Positions 1 to 10,152 of a DNA stretch of 64,000 bases are shown here, piece by piece. Position 1 is the stretch's first letter; each line of letters begins with the position of its first letter. The DNA comes from Clostridia bacterium (GTDB taxonomy: Bacteria; Bacillota; Clostridia; Christensenellales; CAG-138), in the NCBI GenBank assembly GCA_036654235.1, contig JAVVSK010000005.1:31650-95649 (forward strand), read 5' to 3'. The notes beneath the pieces were generated by a model, which was given only the letters and a program-made list of their open reading frames with translations, had not been told where the DNA came from and did no database searches. A program made the position numbers and the translations under genes.

Positions 1-278
1 CAGAATATGGAGTCATAGGCTTTCATGTTTTCTGTTTTTCCAATGACGAAATAACAGCACATTGTAGAAATTTCGCTCCTTTATTCGGGATAGATGAGGA
101 ATGCGCAACGGGTACTAGCAATGCGGCGCTCACTTATTATCTGTATACATTAGACTTAATTGATTCTCATAGTGAATGTTTATTTATGCAGGGTGAAGCG
201 ATGGGCATGCCATCCATAATACAGAGTGTGTTTTTATCTGGTAAAATATTTATTGGTGGAAAAGCGAAAATCTTATAA
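1..278 (+). CDS. PhzF-family isomerase-like protein, C-terminal part (5' end outside window)
   Basis: Frame 3 is open from the window edge to TAA at 276-278. The translation ...CRNFAPLFGIDEECATGTSNAALTYYLY... resembles the FAP-x-GI-x-E-x-x-ATGS block of PhzF/YddE-type proteins. It is absent from the ORF track because it has no start in the window. Confidence 0.55.
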   Translation, partial: EYGVIGFHVFCFSNDEITAHCRNFAPLFGIDEECATGTSNAALTYYLYTLDLIDSHSECLFMQGEAMGMPSIIQSVFLSGKIFIGGKAKIL

Positions 279-335
279 TATAAAAATTACATTGCCGTTG
301 TTTTATTGAGCAAATCAGCGGCAATGTACTATCTA

Positions 336-800
336 TTAGTAACGTTCTTTCATTCTACGTTCTATTTCTCTTTCAACTTCTTTTTCAGCGAGCGAATGTC
401 GCTTATCGTAGAGTTTTTTACCCTTCGCAACGGCAAGCTCCAGTTTTACAAGACCATCTTTCAAATATAGTTGCATAGGTATTAGACTATATCCGTCAGC
501 CTGAGAAAGCGCTGTGAGTTTTCTTATTTCGCTTTTATGCAAAAGAAGCTTCCGCGGGCGAAAAGGATCGCGGTTAAATATATTCCCTTGCTCATAGGGA
601 CTGATATGCATATTGTTAATAAATACTTCGCCCTGTTTAACCTGAGCATATGCATCTTTTAGATTGACTTTACCCGCCCTTATACTTTTAACCTCAGTTC
701 CTATTAAAGCCATTCCGCATTCATATGTATCCTCAATAAAATATTCATGGCGCGCTTTGCGATTTTGCACAAGAGGTTTTATTCCTTTTTTTATAGACAC
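336..800 (-). CDS. smpB: SsrA-binding protein SmpB
   Basis: 154 aa. N-terminal ...[29 protein letters not shown]... and basic C-terminal tail are typical of SmpB. Confidence 0.95.
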   Translation of the reverse strand: MSIKKGIKPLVQNRKARHEYFIEDTYECGMALIGTEVKSIRAGKVNLKDAYAQVKQGEVFINNMHISPYEQGNIFNRDPFRPRKLLLHKSEIRKLTALSQADGYSLIPMQLYLKDGLVKLELAVAKGKKLYDKRHSLAEKEVEREIERRMKERY

Positions 801-963
801 TTTTGCATCTCCTATAAGCTATTGCTTTGATTTTCGAAACTTTATAAAAACGCAAATTTTAATATCATTATTGTGAGAAGCGTTATTATAAATCTTTTTT
901 CACGAGGCTATTATAAACTTAATTCTATACTGTTACTGTAAAATTCGCAAACATGCCGACGCG

Positions 964-3900
964 TCAAATATTTAAACAGCTTTCCATGTTCTCAAAAAGC
1001 GCCGGCAATGATTTAATGAGCTTCTGCAAATCAGCATTTTTAGAAGTTATAGTAAGCGTTGGTTCGGCAGAATTAAGCATTTGCGCTCCGTCGACAGTTG
1101 AAATAAAATCTAAAAAGTTTTTGAAATTAAACGGCGCATCCGAAGCAAAAATCATAGTCGCAGTGTTTTCAAAAACGCGGAGTGTAACGATATAACATTT
1201 TTGCGCCAATGCCTTTATCAAAGCAACAAGTAAAAGGTTGGTTACAGTCTGTGGTATTTCGCCAAATCGGTCAATAAGCTCATCCTGCACGTCGTAAAGG
1301 CTGTCGTATCCATCGAGCGCCGCAATACGCTTATACATGTTTAATCGCATATCATCATTCTTTATATAAGTGCGCGGAATGAACGCGTCAAAGCCTATTT
1401 CAATCTGTGTCTCTATTTGTGGTTGCAATTTTATGCCCCTGACCTCGTTGACCGCCTCTCCCATGAGCTTACAGTAAAGTTCATAGCCTATGTCAGCCAT
1501 ACGACCGTGTTGTTCGGCACCCAAAAGGTCGCCCGCACCGCGAATTTCAAGGTCGCGCATAGCTATTTTATACCCAGCCCCGAACTCCGTAAATTCGCGG
1601 ATAGCCATAAGCCGTTTTTCTGCTATCTCGGTTAATACCTTATCGCGTTTAAAGGTAAAATATGCGTATCCAAGGCGAGTACTGCGCCCGACGCGACCTT
1701 TAAGCTGATAAAGCTGAGAAAGTCCCATTTTATCCGCGTCATATACGATTATTGTATTTGCGTTTTGAATGTCAAGCCCACTTTCTATTATGGTACTGCA
1801 TAAAAGCACATCATAATTTCCTTCGAGAAACGAAAGCATTGTGCGTTCGAGCTGATGTTCGCCCATTTGTCCATGCGCATAGCATATTCGCGCCTCAGGA
1901 ACAAGCTCAAAAAGATAGTTAGAGAACGTTTCCATATTACGTACTTTATTGTAGACAAAAAAGACCTGTCCTCCACGCGCCATCTCCTTTAAAATCACCT
2001 CACGTATAACGACATCCGAATATTCGATAACGTATGTCTGAACCGGTATACGTTCTTCGGGCGGAGTCTCAATAACGGACATGTCGCGAATATTAATAAG
2101 CGACATATGTAGGGTGCGCGGAATTGGCGTTGCGGAAAGAGTAAGCACGTCTACCTGACTTTTGAAATTTTTTATTTGTTCCTTATGCCCAACGCCGAAA
2201 CGCTGTTCCTCGTCTATAATTAAAAGTCCGAGATCCTTAAATAAAACGTTTTTGCCCAGCAATTTATGTGTTCCAATTATTACATCTATTCGACCGTCCT
2301 TTAGACGTTTTAATATGTTCTCTTGTTCTTTAGGCGTTTTAAAGCGAGAAAGAAACTCAACGCTAACAGGAAATCCGCGATATCGCGCCGAAAGAGTATT
2401 AAAATGTTGTTGAGCTAAAAGAGTAGTGGGAACTAAAAAGGCGACCTGCTTTCCGTCCATAACCGCCTTAAATGCCGCACGTAAAGCGACTTCCGTTTTT
2501 CCATAGCCAACGTCACCGCAAAGAAGCCGATCCATTATATGACTGCTTTCCATGTCTTTTTTAATTTCAGCTATACTCGTCAGTTGATCCGGAGTTTCAT
2601 TATAAGGGAAACTGTTTTCCAGCTCTCCTTGCCAAACTGTATCCTCCGAAAATGCATGTCCCGATAAATTAGCGCGCGCGCCGTATAGCTTTACAAGATC
2701 AAATGCAAGAGACTTAACGCTGGCGCGTGCGCGGCTTACCGTTTTATGCCATTCGGCTGAACCCAACTTAGAAAGCTTAGGGATCTCGTCGTTTCCGCCT
2801 ATATACTTTTGGACGCGATCCAGCTGGTCTGTAGGTAGAAATACTTTATCAGTTGCCGCATATTGTAATTTAATATAGTCTTTTGTTTTTTCTTCGACGG
2901 TCATAGTTTCAACGCCCATGAACCTACCTATGCCATATGTCTCATGAACCACATAATCGCCGAGTTTTAGTTCTGTAAAGGCTAGATTTGGACGCTTCTT
3001 TTGTTTTACCACAGCTGTTTTTGAAGCAACTTCCAAAAACAGCTCGTTTTCGGTTATAACGGCGACATGTATTTCGGGGTATATGAAACCGCGCCCTAAG
3101 CTTTCGCCGATTATGAGAGATTCATGTTTAACTATTTCCCTGGTAAGCATATTGGTTATTGCGAAATTTGGAAGATTAAGTTCCTCAAACATTTTTTGAA
3201 GATGTTCGGCACGCGCTCCCGCATAAACCAAAATTGTGAAGCCAGAGAGACTTAGCGAGGTTATGTCCTCTACCAATGCATTGTTAGACAATGAATAACG
3301 CGGGACAGAGCGCGATTCGAATCTAAAAATACATCTTGTAGAAATTAAAGAGTAGGTTCGCGTAAGCGCAAAAAACATAGCAGTGCGCGGAGAATCAAGC
3401 TTAGAAATAGCCTTTTCACTCGATATAAGAAGTGAAAACATAAAATTTGCATTTTTTTCTTTTTCTACATACGCAAGAACGCTGTCCGAAAATTTTGAAT
3501 ATATTGATTTTTCAAGCTCTTCAACTCGCGCCGGTTCATCGATAAGTATAAGTGCATCAGCTGTAAAATAGTCCACTATCGTAATATCGTCAAGAATGAA
3601 TAGTGGAATGAGGTTCATTATATTATCCGGTATAACACCTGATTTTATTTCGTTAAATTCATCTTCAAAAGCTTTTAAACGTGAAAGCTTAAGTAGCCCA
3701 CGCGCCTTTGACGAAGCATTGAGAGGAAGCTCAGTTGCAGGTGCAATCGTAAGAGACAATATATTTTCTATTGAACGCTGAGTATCCTTATCGAAACTTC
3801 GCATAGTATCTATTTCATCGTCGAAAAATTCTATTCTAAAAGGAGTATCTAAATTTACTGGAAATATATCTATTCTTCCACCGATAAGGCTGACTTCACC

Positions 3901-4203
3901 CTTGTTTTGGCATATTTCCGTTAGCTTATAGCCTATAGAAATAAGATTCGATAAAAGCTCCCTGATATCACATGTATCAGATACCTCAATATGCGTTATT
4001 GCTTGGCGAATAAGCTCTGGTGGAGCCATGCGCTGCATAATCGTTTCAGCGCTTACGACGATAAGCATTTTTTCGCCGCTGACCAGCTTAAGAAGAGTCT
4101 CCATGCGCTTTGAAAATGCGCCTCCTCCTCTTGCATATGTTTTTGCACCTATCAATATATCCCGCGGCGGAAGATGAATTGCCGGTACGCCAAAAAGAGA
4201 CAA
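964..4203 (-). CDS. mfd: Transcription-repair coupling factor Mfd (the conserved frame continues upstream to about 4410)
   Basis: Contains CarD-like region (VVHETYGIGRF), SF2 helicase motifs (GDVGYGKTEVA, DEEQRFG, LSATPIPRT, QLKGRVGRS) and a TRG/D7 C-terminus. The track ORF starts at TTG 4203, but the same frame upstream still encodes Mfd-like N-terminal sequence (see finding). Confidence 0.95.
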   Translation of the reverse strand: MSLFGVPAIHLPPRDILIGAKTYARGGGAFSKRMETLLKLVSGEKMLIVVSAETIMQRMAPPELIRQAITHIEVSDTCDIRELLSNLISIGYKLTEICQNKGEVSLIGGRIDIFPVNLDTPFRIEFFDDEIDTMRSFDKDTQRSIENILSLTIAPATELPLNASSKARGLLKLSRLKAFEDEFNEIKSGVIPDNIMNLIPLFILDDITIVDYFTADALILIDEPARVEELEKSIYSKFSDSVLAYVEKEKNANFMFSLLISSEKAISKLDSPRTAMFFALTRTYSLISTRCIFRFESRSVPRYSLSNNALVEDITSLSLSGFTILVYAGARAEHLQKMFEELNLPNFAITNMLTREIVKHESLIIGESLGRGFIYPEIHVAVITENELFLEVASKTAVVKQKKRPNLAFTELKLGDYVVHETYGIGRFMGVETMTVEEKTKDYIKLQYAATDKVFLPTDQLDRVQKYIGGNDEIPKLSKLGSAEWHKTVSRARASVKSLAFDLVKLYGARANLSGHAFSEDTVWQGELENSFPYNETPDQLTSIAEIKKDMESSHIMDRLLCGDVGYGKTEVALRAAFKAVMDGKQVAFLVPTTLLAQQHFNTLSARYRGFPVSVEFLSRFKTPKEQENILKRLKDGRIDVIIGTHKLLGKNVLFKDLGLLIIDEEQRFGVGHKEQIKNFKSQVDVLTLSATPIPRTLHMSLINIRDMSVIETPPEERIPVQTYVIEYSDVVIREVILKEMARGGQVFFVYNKVRNMETFSNYLFELVPEARICYAHGQMGEHQLERTMLSFLEGNYDVLLCSTIIESGLDIQNANTIIVYDADKMGLSQLYQLKGRVGRSTRLGYAYFTFKRDKVLTEIAEKRLMAIREFTEFGAGYKIAMRDLEIRGAGDLLGAEQHGRMADIGYELYCKLMGEAVNEVRGIKLQPQIETQIEIGFDAFIPRTYIKNDDMRLNMYKRIAALDGYDSLYDVQDELIDRFGEIPQTVTNLLLVALIKALAQKCYIVTLRVFENTATMIFASDAPFNFKNFLDFISTVDGAQMLNSAEPTLTITSKNADLQKLIKSLPALFENMESCLNI

Positions 4204-4393
4204 GTCATCGGCAAGGCGCGCGGAATTAGCCTCGCTTGCAGTAACAAGTAAGGTGCTCGTTGAAGTAAATTCAAATAGAGCGGCAGCAAAATGGGCGATA
4301 TTTGCATCGTTAAGTCCAAATATGGCGGCGCTTCCCTCATTTTTTAAAAGAGATTCCTTTAAACGTAAAAACTCGGGATAATCATTTAAAAGC

Positions 4394-5011
4394 TTAACTA
4401 TCTGGCGTATTCTCGCTCACCTCCGGCTCTGCATTCTTTTTTTGATGAGGTTTTTTATTGAATTTTGCTTGCGCCTCGTTTACGCCATTCCCAATAATAA
4501 GTTCGATCGCGTCTGCCGCGTGATTCAACGCTTCATTTAGGATAATTTTTTCCTCATCGGAGGGTATAGCTAGTACATGCGAAAAAAGTTCACGTCCATC
4601 GGATGCTTTACCGATACCTACGCGAATGCGCGGAAAATCGTCATAACCCAATTGACCAATTACGGAGCGCATACCGTTATGAGTTCCGGCACTGCCTTTT
4701 TCACGGATTCTTATATCACCAATAGCGAGATCAATATCGTCATATACAACGATAAGTTCTCCGTGTTCACATTTATAAAAATTCATAAGATCCATAACGG
4801 AAAAACCGGATAAATTCATAAATGTCTGAGGCTTTGCCAAAATTACCTTTTTAGAAGCGATAAAGCCCTCGCCGCATATGGCGCGGTAATTATTTCGCTT
4901 AATATCAATATTATATTTAGCGGAGAGCAAATCGAGGGTCATAAAACCCATATTGTGACGAGTATAAGCATATTCGCGCCCGGGATTGCCCAATCCAACA
5001 ACTATGTACAT
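4394..5011 (-). CDS. pth: Peptidyl-tRNA hydrolase
   Basis: MYIVVGLGNPGREYAYTRHNMGF... is the canonical Pth N-terminus. ATG at 5011 is preceded by GGAG; the track ORF starts 12 codons earlier. About 20 aa of extra basic/acidic C-terminal tail. Confidence 0.93.
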   Translation of the reverse strand: MYIVVGLGNPGREYAYTRHNMGFMTLDLLSAKYNIDIKRNNYRAICGEGFIASKKVILAKPQTFMNLSGFSVMDLMNFYKCEHGELIVVYDDIDLAIGDIRIREKGSAGTHNGMRSVIGQLGYDDFPRIRVGIGKASDGRELFSHVLAIPSDEEKIILNEALNHAADAIELIIGNGVNEAQAKFNKKPHQKKNAEPEVSENTPDS

Positions 5012-5148
5012 TTTTTTCTCCTTGCTTAAAAACCCGATTAAGCTCAAAGATTATAGAACTATTGGTGTGGCATGTCAAACCGCAAGAAAAAATATTGTAT
5101 ACATCAAATAGAAAAGGATTCTTCTGTAAATTTTTAATGAATAAAGAT

Positions 5149-6027
5149 TTACTTTGTCCCTTCTAAAATTTTCTTCATAAACGTAGCCGTCGAAACAGTT
5201 CCGGGACGATTAAAACGTCCCAATGAAAACAATGAATCTGGAGTTGAAATTGTGCTTATCTTTTCAAAACATGATAAGGTGCATAAAAAGCCAATATCTC
5301 GCATCGCTTTTTCGGAGGCTTCAGAGCTGAAACCGAACGGATATGCAAACGCGGTTGCCTTAACGCCAGATTTCATATATAAAAGCGACTGCATACGCAT
5401 AATATCGTCATTCAAAGCCTTCTTATAATGATCCATGGTTTCCCCTTTTATTATATTGGCACCCTTTCGCGCTCCGTCATTATGATGCATCCCGTAGCTA
5501 TGGTTTTGAAATTCGACGAGTCCGCTTTCGCTCATCAATTTTATATCATTCCATGTTAGGTGCGCATAGCCGGGGTTAAGGTCACCGCTGTCGGTATATA
5601 TATCTGTAAATTCGCCTATAGCGGATATGACTATTTTTATTTTAAGCTCCTGGATTATTGGGAAAATATACGTAAGATTATTATAATAACCGTCATCAAA
5701 TGTTATCATAATCGGCTTTTTCGGGAGCGCCTTTCCATCATAAGCGTAGTCTATAATGTCTTTAACCACAATCGGAGTGTAACCATTATCAAGAAGAAAA
5801 AGCACATCTTCACGAAAAAGGTCGGGACTTATTACGTATTTTCCTATTCGCGCCTTGTCTTTTAAAACACTATGATACATTATTATCGGAAGCTTAACTC
5901 CGACGTTAACCGTAGCCGTCGCAATAGGAATAGTCATGGTATTGGCTATCCATGCAAAGATCAAGAAACAAAGGGATATTGATATAACTATTATTAATAC
6001 ACGCTTAAATTCATTTTTTATTTCCAT
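5149..6027 (-). CDS. Polysaccharide deacetylase (NodB/PgdA-type) with N-terminal TM segment
   Basis: NodB motifs TFDDGYYN and HSYGMH. The start ATG overlaps the upstream stop (TAATG). Confidence 0.8.
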   Translation of the reverse strand: MEIKNEFKRVLIIVISISLCFLIFAWIANTMTIPIATATVNVGVKLPIIMYHSVLKDKARIGKYVISPDLFREDVLFLLDNGYTPIVVKDIIDYAYDGKALPKKPIMITFDDGYYNNLTYIFPIIQELKIKIVISAIGEFTDIYTDSGDLNPGYAHLTWNDIKLMSESGLVEFQNHSYGMHHNDGARKGANIIKGETMDHYKKALNDDIMRMQSLLYMKSGVKATAFAYPFGFSSEASEKAMRDIGFLCTLSCFEKISTISTPDSLFSLGRFNRPGTVSTATFMKKILEGTK

Positions 6028-7055
6028 TAGGTGTCTCCAATTTCACCGGACTTATATTTTCTTACAAATTCTCCGCTGGTATTATTATATTGAACCTCAG
6101 AACAATTCTCCGCAAGCAGTTCAATTATTTCATAAACATCTATCCAAATCTGATTTTCACCATCCTTTTGTGATTCGTCGAAAATAAGTTCAAGACCAAT
6201 GTGAAGGTGAGGACGCTTTAGATTTTCCGTACCCTCGACCTTGCTGCATCCGGTCTTTCCAAGGTAACCTATGCAGTCTCCGGCTTTTACCTTATCGCCA
6301 ACTTTAAGTGTTTTTACATATGGATGACCCTTTCTGAGATGCGCATAGTAATAATAGCGCATATTATCGAAGCTTCGTATGCCGATACGCCATCCGCCGT
6401 ATTCATTCCATCCGAGAGCTTCTATCGTTCCCCCTTCTATCGCGATTATCGGAGTACCCTCCTCACCCATAAGGTCGTTACCCATATGCAAACGATTATA
6501 TCCATATGTGCGCTGATTATGAAAGTCTTGATAATGCGCATAATTATAGCCCTTTGCAATTGGCGAGTATACCGCAAGATCATATACGCTTATAAATTCA
6601 CTTGAACTGCCTTTTTTTCTTTCAACCTCATGCAGCTTTAAGAATTCGGAAAAAATAGCCTCATAGACCGTGCGGTAATACTTAAAGTATCTCATGCCCC
6701 CGGTTAAATTTTTGACGTATGTGCCACCTCTTAATCTATCCGCAAAGGCATCCATCTTTTTTTCGGATGACTTATCAAACTCTCCACCGCATATTGCCGC
6801 GGTGTAAGCCAAAAGGTCTATAAAATCTATATGATTATCCGTACCGTAGGTTTCCTTATCTATCTCTATTGCATGTCTCATGAGAGTTGCGCTCGCTTTG
6901 AAATCTACCCATTTTACAATATTATCTGTGCCTACTTCGGCAAACCTTGCGTACTCCTCAAGCTCCTCAGCATATTTAAATGAAGATGCTATAAACAATG
7001 CCAAGCATACAACTATAAATATACATATAGCAAATAAAAGCAAAACGCGTTTCAA
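6027..7055 (-). CDS. M23-family metallopeptidase, membrane anchored
   Basis: HMGNDL...YAHL...HLHIGLE matches the HxxxD / HxH LytM pattern. TTG start is preceded by AGAGGTG. Confidence 0.8.
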   Translation of the reverse strand: MKRVLLLFAICIFIVVCLALFIASSFKYAEELEEYARFAEVGTDNIVKWVDFKASATLMRHAIEIDKETYGTDNHIDFIDLLAYTAAICGGEFDKSSEKKMDAFADRLRGGTYVKNLTGGMRYFKYYRTVYEAIFSEFLKLHEVERKKGSSSEFISVYDLAVYSPIAKGYNYAHYQDFHNQRTYGYNRLHMGNDLMGEEGTPIIAIEGGTIEALGWNEYGGWRIGIRSFDNMRYYYYAHLRKGHPYVKTLKVGDKVKAGDCIGYLGKTGCSKVEGTENLKRPHLHIGLELIFDESQKDGENQIWIDVYEIIELLAENCSEVQYNNTSGEFVRKYKSGEIGDT

Positions 7056-7132
7056 TCGTATTCACCTCTGTTATTTGTTTCTTTGAAATTCTATTCGCAC
7101 GAAAAAGGATAAAGACTAAAAAACCAATCTGA

Positions 7133-7160
7133 AAATAAAAAAACCCGGATCACCGGGTTT
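7133..7160 (-). terminator. Rho-independent terminator downstream of the histidine kinase gene
   Basis: AAACCCGG-tgat-CCGGGTTT followed by a T-run when read on the minus strand. Confidence 0.65.
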
Positions 7161-7219
7161 AAGAAAAAATACAGGGTAGGGGAAGGGAGCAGCGTTTTTT
7201 ATATTGGATATCAAAAAAA

Positions 7220-8695
7220 TTAAATATCGTTTCCATCTTTCCAACGCGGTTTCAGTTCTACCTGTTTAAGGGTAAAAGTAAACACAGCTCCATTTTCATT
7301 TTTAACGCTTATCATTTGTCCATGAGCGTCTATTATACGTTTGACTATAGCGAGTCCAAGACCGGTTCCTGATGTATGAGACGGAGTATGCGCCTTTTCA
7401 ACCTTATAAAATCTGTCAAAAATGTATGGAATATCATTCTCGCTTATACCGTTGCCAGAATCGCGCACAGATATATAGGCAACTCGTTTTATTGTTTTTA
7501 CGGAGATTTCAAGTTCACCTTTATTATCTGAATACTTTATAGCATTATCTACGAGATTTCTTATTACCTGCGCTATCTGATCGTGATCGGCTAAGACAAA
7601 GACCTGTTCATTCCCAAATATTATTTTGACGTTCAGCTCTTTTTCATTTACACGCGTGATAAAGGTTATGAGGGTACGCCTTATAAGTTCGTTTATGTCG
7701 AAGACAGTTGGCTTAAAAGCGGTTTGCCCGGATTCTATCCGCGCAAGATCCAAGAGCCCATTTACCATAGTAGTCATTCTATTATTTTCGTCTATGACTA
7801 TTTTTAAATATTTGTCAAATTCCGAAACCGGAATAGTCCCGTCCTGCATTGCGACCAGAAAACCTCTCATACTGGTAAGCGGCGAACGAAGCTCATGACT
7901 TACGTTCGAAACGAAGCTTCTGCGCGCTTCTTCAAGGGTATTAAGTCCATCAGCCATAGTATTGAAGCTTTTAGCAAGTGCACCAACCTCGTCCTCACCC
8001 TTATATTCGACTCGTATATCAAACTCGCCCTTTGCGTATCGCGTTACTATGCGCTTCATGTTTGTTATAGGCGTTGTTATGCGGCTCGTAAGGTAGGAAA
8101 CCGCAAGTATCGCAAGTATAATGGCAAGAGTAGCGGAAAGCAAAATATCAAAATATACCTGACGAATTGCCGTATTCGTATCTTCCATGTTTATGCTGAA
8201 AAACAGAGCGCCGGAAGTATTTTCTGCGCTTATTATGGGTCGTGCCAAAGTCATAGTGCTCAAAGAAGATCCGATTGTGCCTTTAAAGAGATTCGTATAG
8301 ATCTCGCCCTCGGCTGTTCCGGTTAGCACTATACGATCGTAATATTTATTTATATTAATATCCGCTATAGGTGCCCATTTTTCTTTTGACTCCTCGTTCA
8401 TTAACACTACGCGCCCCAAAAGTGGATCTATGAAATATGCCTGAATAAGCGCGTCATATTTTCTGGCGATAGTTACAAGCTCATCTTTTGCCACCGCACG
8501 TTTTGCATCATCCATATATTTTTCAACAATAATGGTATGTATTTCTTCAGTTTCGCGCATTAGCTCCGATTCTTTTTGAGAAATATACTGCGTTCGAAAA
8601 ACCGTAGAAACAGTTACGCCGAGCAAAATTAATAAGCTCAGCGTTACACAAAGATATGTAGTCAGCATTTTCGCAAACAGCGATTTATTAAGCAC
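7220..8695 (-). CDS. Sensor histidine kinase (TM-HAMP-HisKA-HATPase_c)
   Basis: H-box SHELRSPLTSM and ATPase boxes (DNAIKYS, DSGNGI, GTGLGLAIV). The track ORF opens at TTG 8728, but GTG at 8695 lies 8 nt after GGGAG and just past the regulator stop. The start is therefore uncertain within about 11 codons. Confidence 0.85.
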   Translation of the reverse strand: MLNKSLFAKMLTTYLCVTLSLLILLGVTVSTVFRTQYISQKESELMRETEEIHTIIVEKYMDDAKRAVAKDELVTIARKYDALIQAYFIDPLLGRVVLMNEESKEKWAPIADININKYYDRIVLTGTAEGEIYTNLFKGTIGSSLSTMTLARPIISAENTSGALFFSINMEDTNTAIRQVYFDILLSATLAIILAILAVSYLTSRITTPITNMKRIVTRYAKGEFDIRVEYKGEDEVGALAKSFNTMADGLNTLEEARRSFVSNVSHELRSPLTSMRGFLVAMQDGTIPVSEFDKYLKIVIDENNRMTTMVNGLLDLARIESGQTAFKPTVFDINELIRRTLITFITRVNEKELNVKIIFGNEQVFVLADHDQIAQVIRNLVDNAIKYSDNKGELEISVKTIKRVAYISVRDSGNGISENDIPYIFDRFYKVEKAHTPSHTSGTGLGLAIVKRIIDAHGQMISVKNENGAVFTFTLKQVELKPRWKDGNDI

Positions 8696-8699
8696 TTTT

Positions 8700-9389
8700 T
8701 TAACTCCCAATAACGAATCTATAACCAACGCCCCAAACAGTTTTTATCATCTGCGCATAATCGGGACCTATTTTTTCACGTATGCGTTTTATATGAACAT
8801 CTACCGTTCGCGAATCCCCGTAATAATCAAAGCCCCAAACCTGTTCCAAAAGCTGTTCACGCGTAAAAACTTTACCCACGCTTGTTGCAAGATAGTAGAG
8901 CAGCTCAATCTCCTTAGGAGTCATCTCTATTGCCTGTCCATCTATCGTAACCGAGTAGTTTTCAAGAGAAATATAAAGGGAATCTATAGTGACGCTCTGA
9001 GTGTCGGTTATATCCGTTACAACAGTGCGCCGCAAAACCGCGTTTATCCGTGCAATAAGCTCTTTTGCGTCAAATGGCTTTACCATATAGTCGTCAGCGC
9101 CAAGATTTAGCCCCTGAATTCTATCCATCGTATCGCCTTTAGCTGTCAGCATTATAACGGGAGTATCTGAAAGCTTTCGAAGCTCGGTTAAAACAGCACG
9201 ACCATCCATACCTGGCAACATAACATCTAAAACAACGAGACATGGTTCACAGCTCATATATGCATCTACGACCATATCGCCGCGTTCGCATGTTAAAACA
9301 TTAAAACCCTCTTTTTTTAGATACATAGTCAGTATTGTCAATATGTTCTTATCGTCGTCTACTACAAGTATGGTATTGTCATTATCCAT
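8700..9389 (-). CDS. OmpR/PhoB-family response regulator
   Basis: Receiver domain (VVDDD..., VLDVMLPGMDG, MLTAKG) plus a winged-helix C-terminus (...VWGVGYRF). Confidence 0.9.
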   Translation of the reverse strand: MDNDNTILVVDDDKNILTILTMYLKKEGFNVLTCERGDMVVDAYMSCEPCLVVLDVMLPGMDGRAVLTELRKLSDTPVIMLTAKGDTMDRIQGLNLGADDYMVKPFDAKELIARINAVLRRTVVTDITDTQSVTIDSLYISLENYSVTIDGQAIEMTPKEIELLYYLATSVGKVFTREQLLEQVWGFDYYGDSRTVDVHIKRIREKIGPDYAQMIKTVWGVGYRFVIGS

Positions 9390-9405
9390 AAATAAAGTTC
9401 ATCTC

Positions 9406-10152
9406 CTAATCGCGAAAATTGTCCGGCGGAAGAGACAGATTATCCCACATTCTATATTTATCCGTATCCACAATTGCATTCATAATTCGCTTATCCGCAT
9501 CGGGAACTATCGTTGAAAGGTGCGAAATCAAGTGCTTCATATCCTCGCGCTTTGTCTTCCCGGCAATAGGACAATTCGCGGGGAGTACGGGAAGATCAAG
9601 CTTTCGTACCATTGAAAGTGCATTTTTTTCGGGTAAAAACACAAGAGGACGAATTATAGCAATGTTTTTTCTATTGAGATACGTTATAGGTCCGAAAGTA
9701 TTTAGTCTACTTTCAAATAATAAACTAAGAAAAAACGTCTCTATAACGTCTTCACGGTTATGCCCTAAAGCGACAAGGTTGCACCCATGCTCAACGGCAA
9801 AGTTATTGAGCGCCCCGCGCCTAAGCTTTGCACACATTGCGCATGGATTTTTATCCCCTCTTATATTGAAAACAAGATCCCCTATATTCGTTTTAACTAC
9901 GTCAAAAGGTACGTCTATGTTTCGCGCAAACTCGCTTATTCGCTCCGTATCCTGAGGAACAAGACCAAGATCAAGCATAACGCCGCGTACAGTGTATGGC
10001 TTTTTACAGAACCGCTGATAGAGCTTCAATGCATACATTAAAAGCAAGCTATCCTTACCGCCGCTAACGCCAATACATATATTATCCCCGGGATTTATCA
10101 TATTAAATCGCTCGTCAGCACGCCGTATGCAGCCTAAAACCTGTTTCATCAT
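9406..10152 (-). CDS. PP-loop ATPase, tRNA 2-thiocytidine synthetase (TtcA)-like
   Basis: SGGKDS PP-loop and CAMCAKLRR / ANCP cysteine motifs. Directly abuts the glyQS stop. Confidence 0.72.
   Translation of the reverse strand: MMKQVLGCIRRADERFNMINPGDNICIGVSGGKDSLLLMYALKLYQRFCKKPYTVRGVMLDLGLVPQDTERISEFARNIDVPFDVVKTNIGDLVFNIRGDKNPCAMCAKLRRGALNNFAVEHGCNLVALGHNREDVIETFFLSLLFESRLNTFGPITYLNRKNIAIIRPLVFLPEKNALSMVRKLDLPVLPANCPIAGKTKREDMKHLISHLSTIVPDADKRIMNAIVDTDKYRMWDNLSLPPDNFRD

Noticed and set aside
289-327. 9-bp inverted repeat ACATTGCCG/CGGCAATGT between the convergent PhzF-like gene and smpB, considered as a terminator.
   Set aside because: The loop is 21 nt and there is no U-run after the stem on either strand. 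It is a plausible stem but not a confident terminator call.
7171-7195. C-rich motif CTCCC(TT)CCCTACCCT between the stop codon and terminator, downstream of both the histidine kinase (7171-7195, minus strand) and recN (43931-43950, plus strand).
   Set aside because: There are only two copies and the shared core is about 11-12 nt. Matches of this length are expected by chance in 64 kb on both strands. The similar placement is suggestive but not enough to support a feature.
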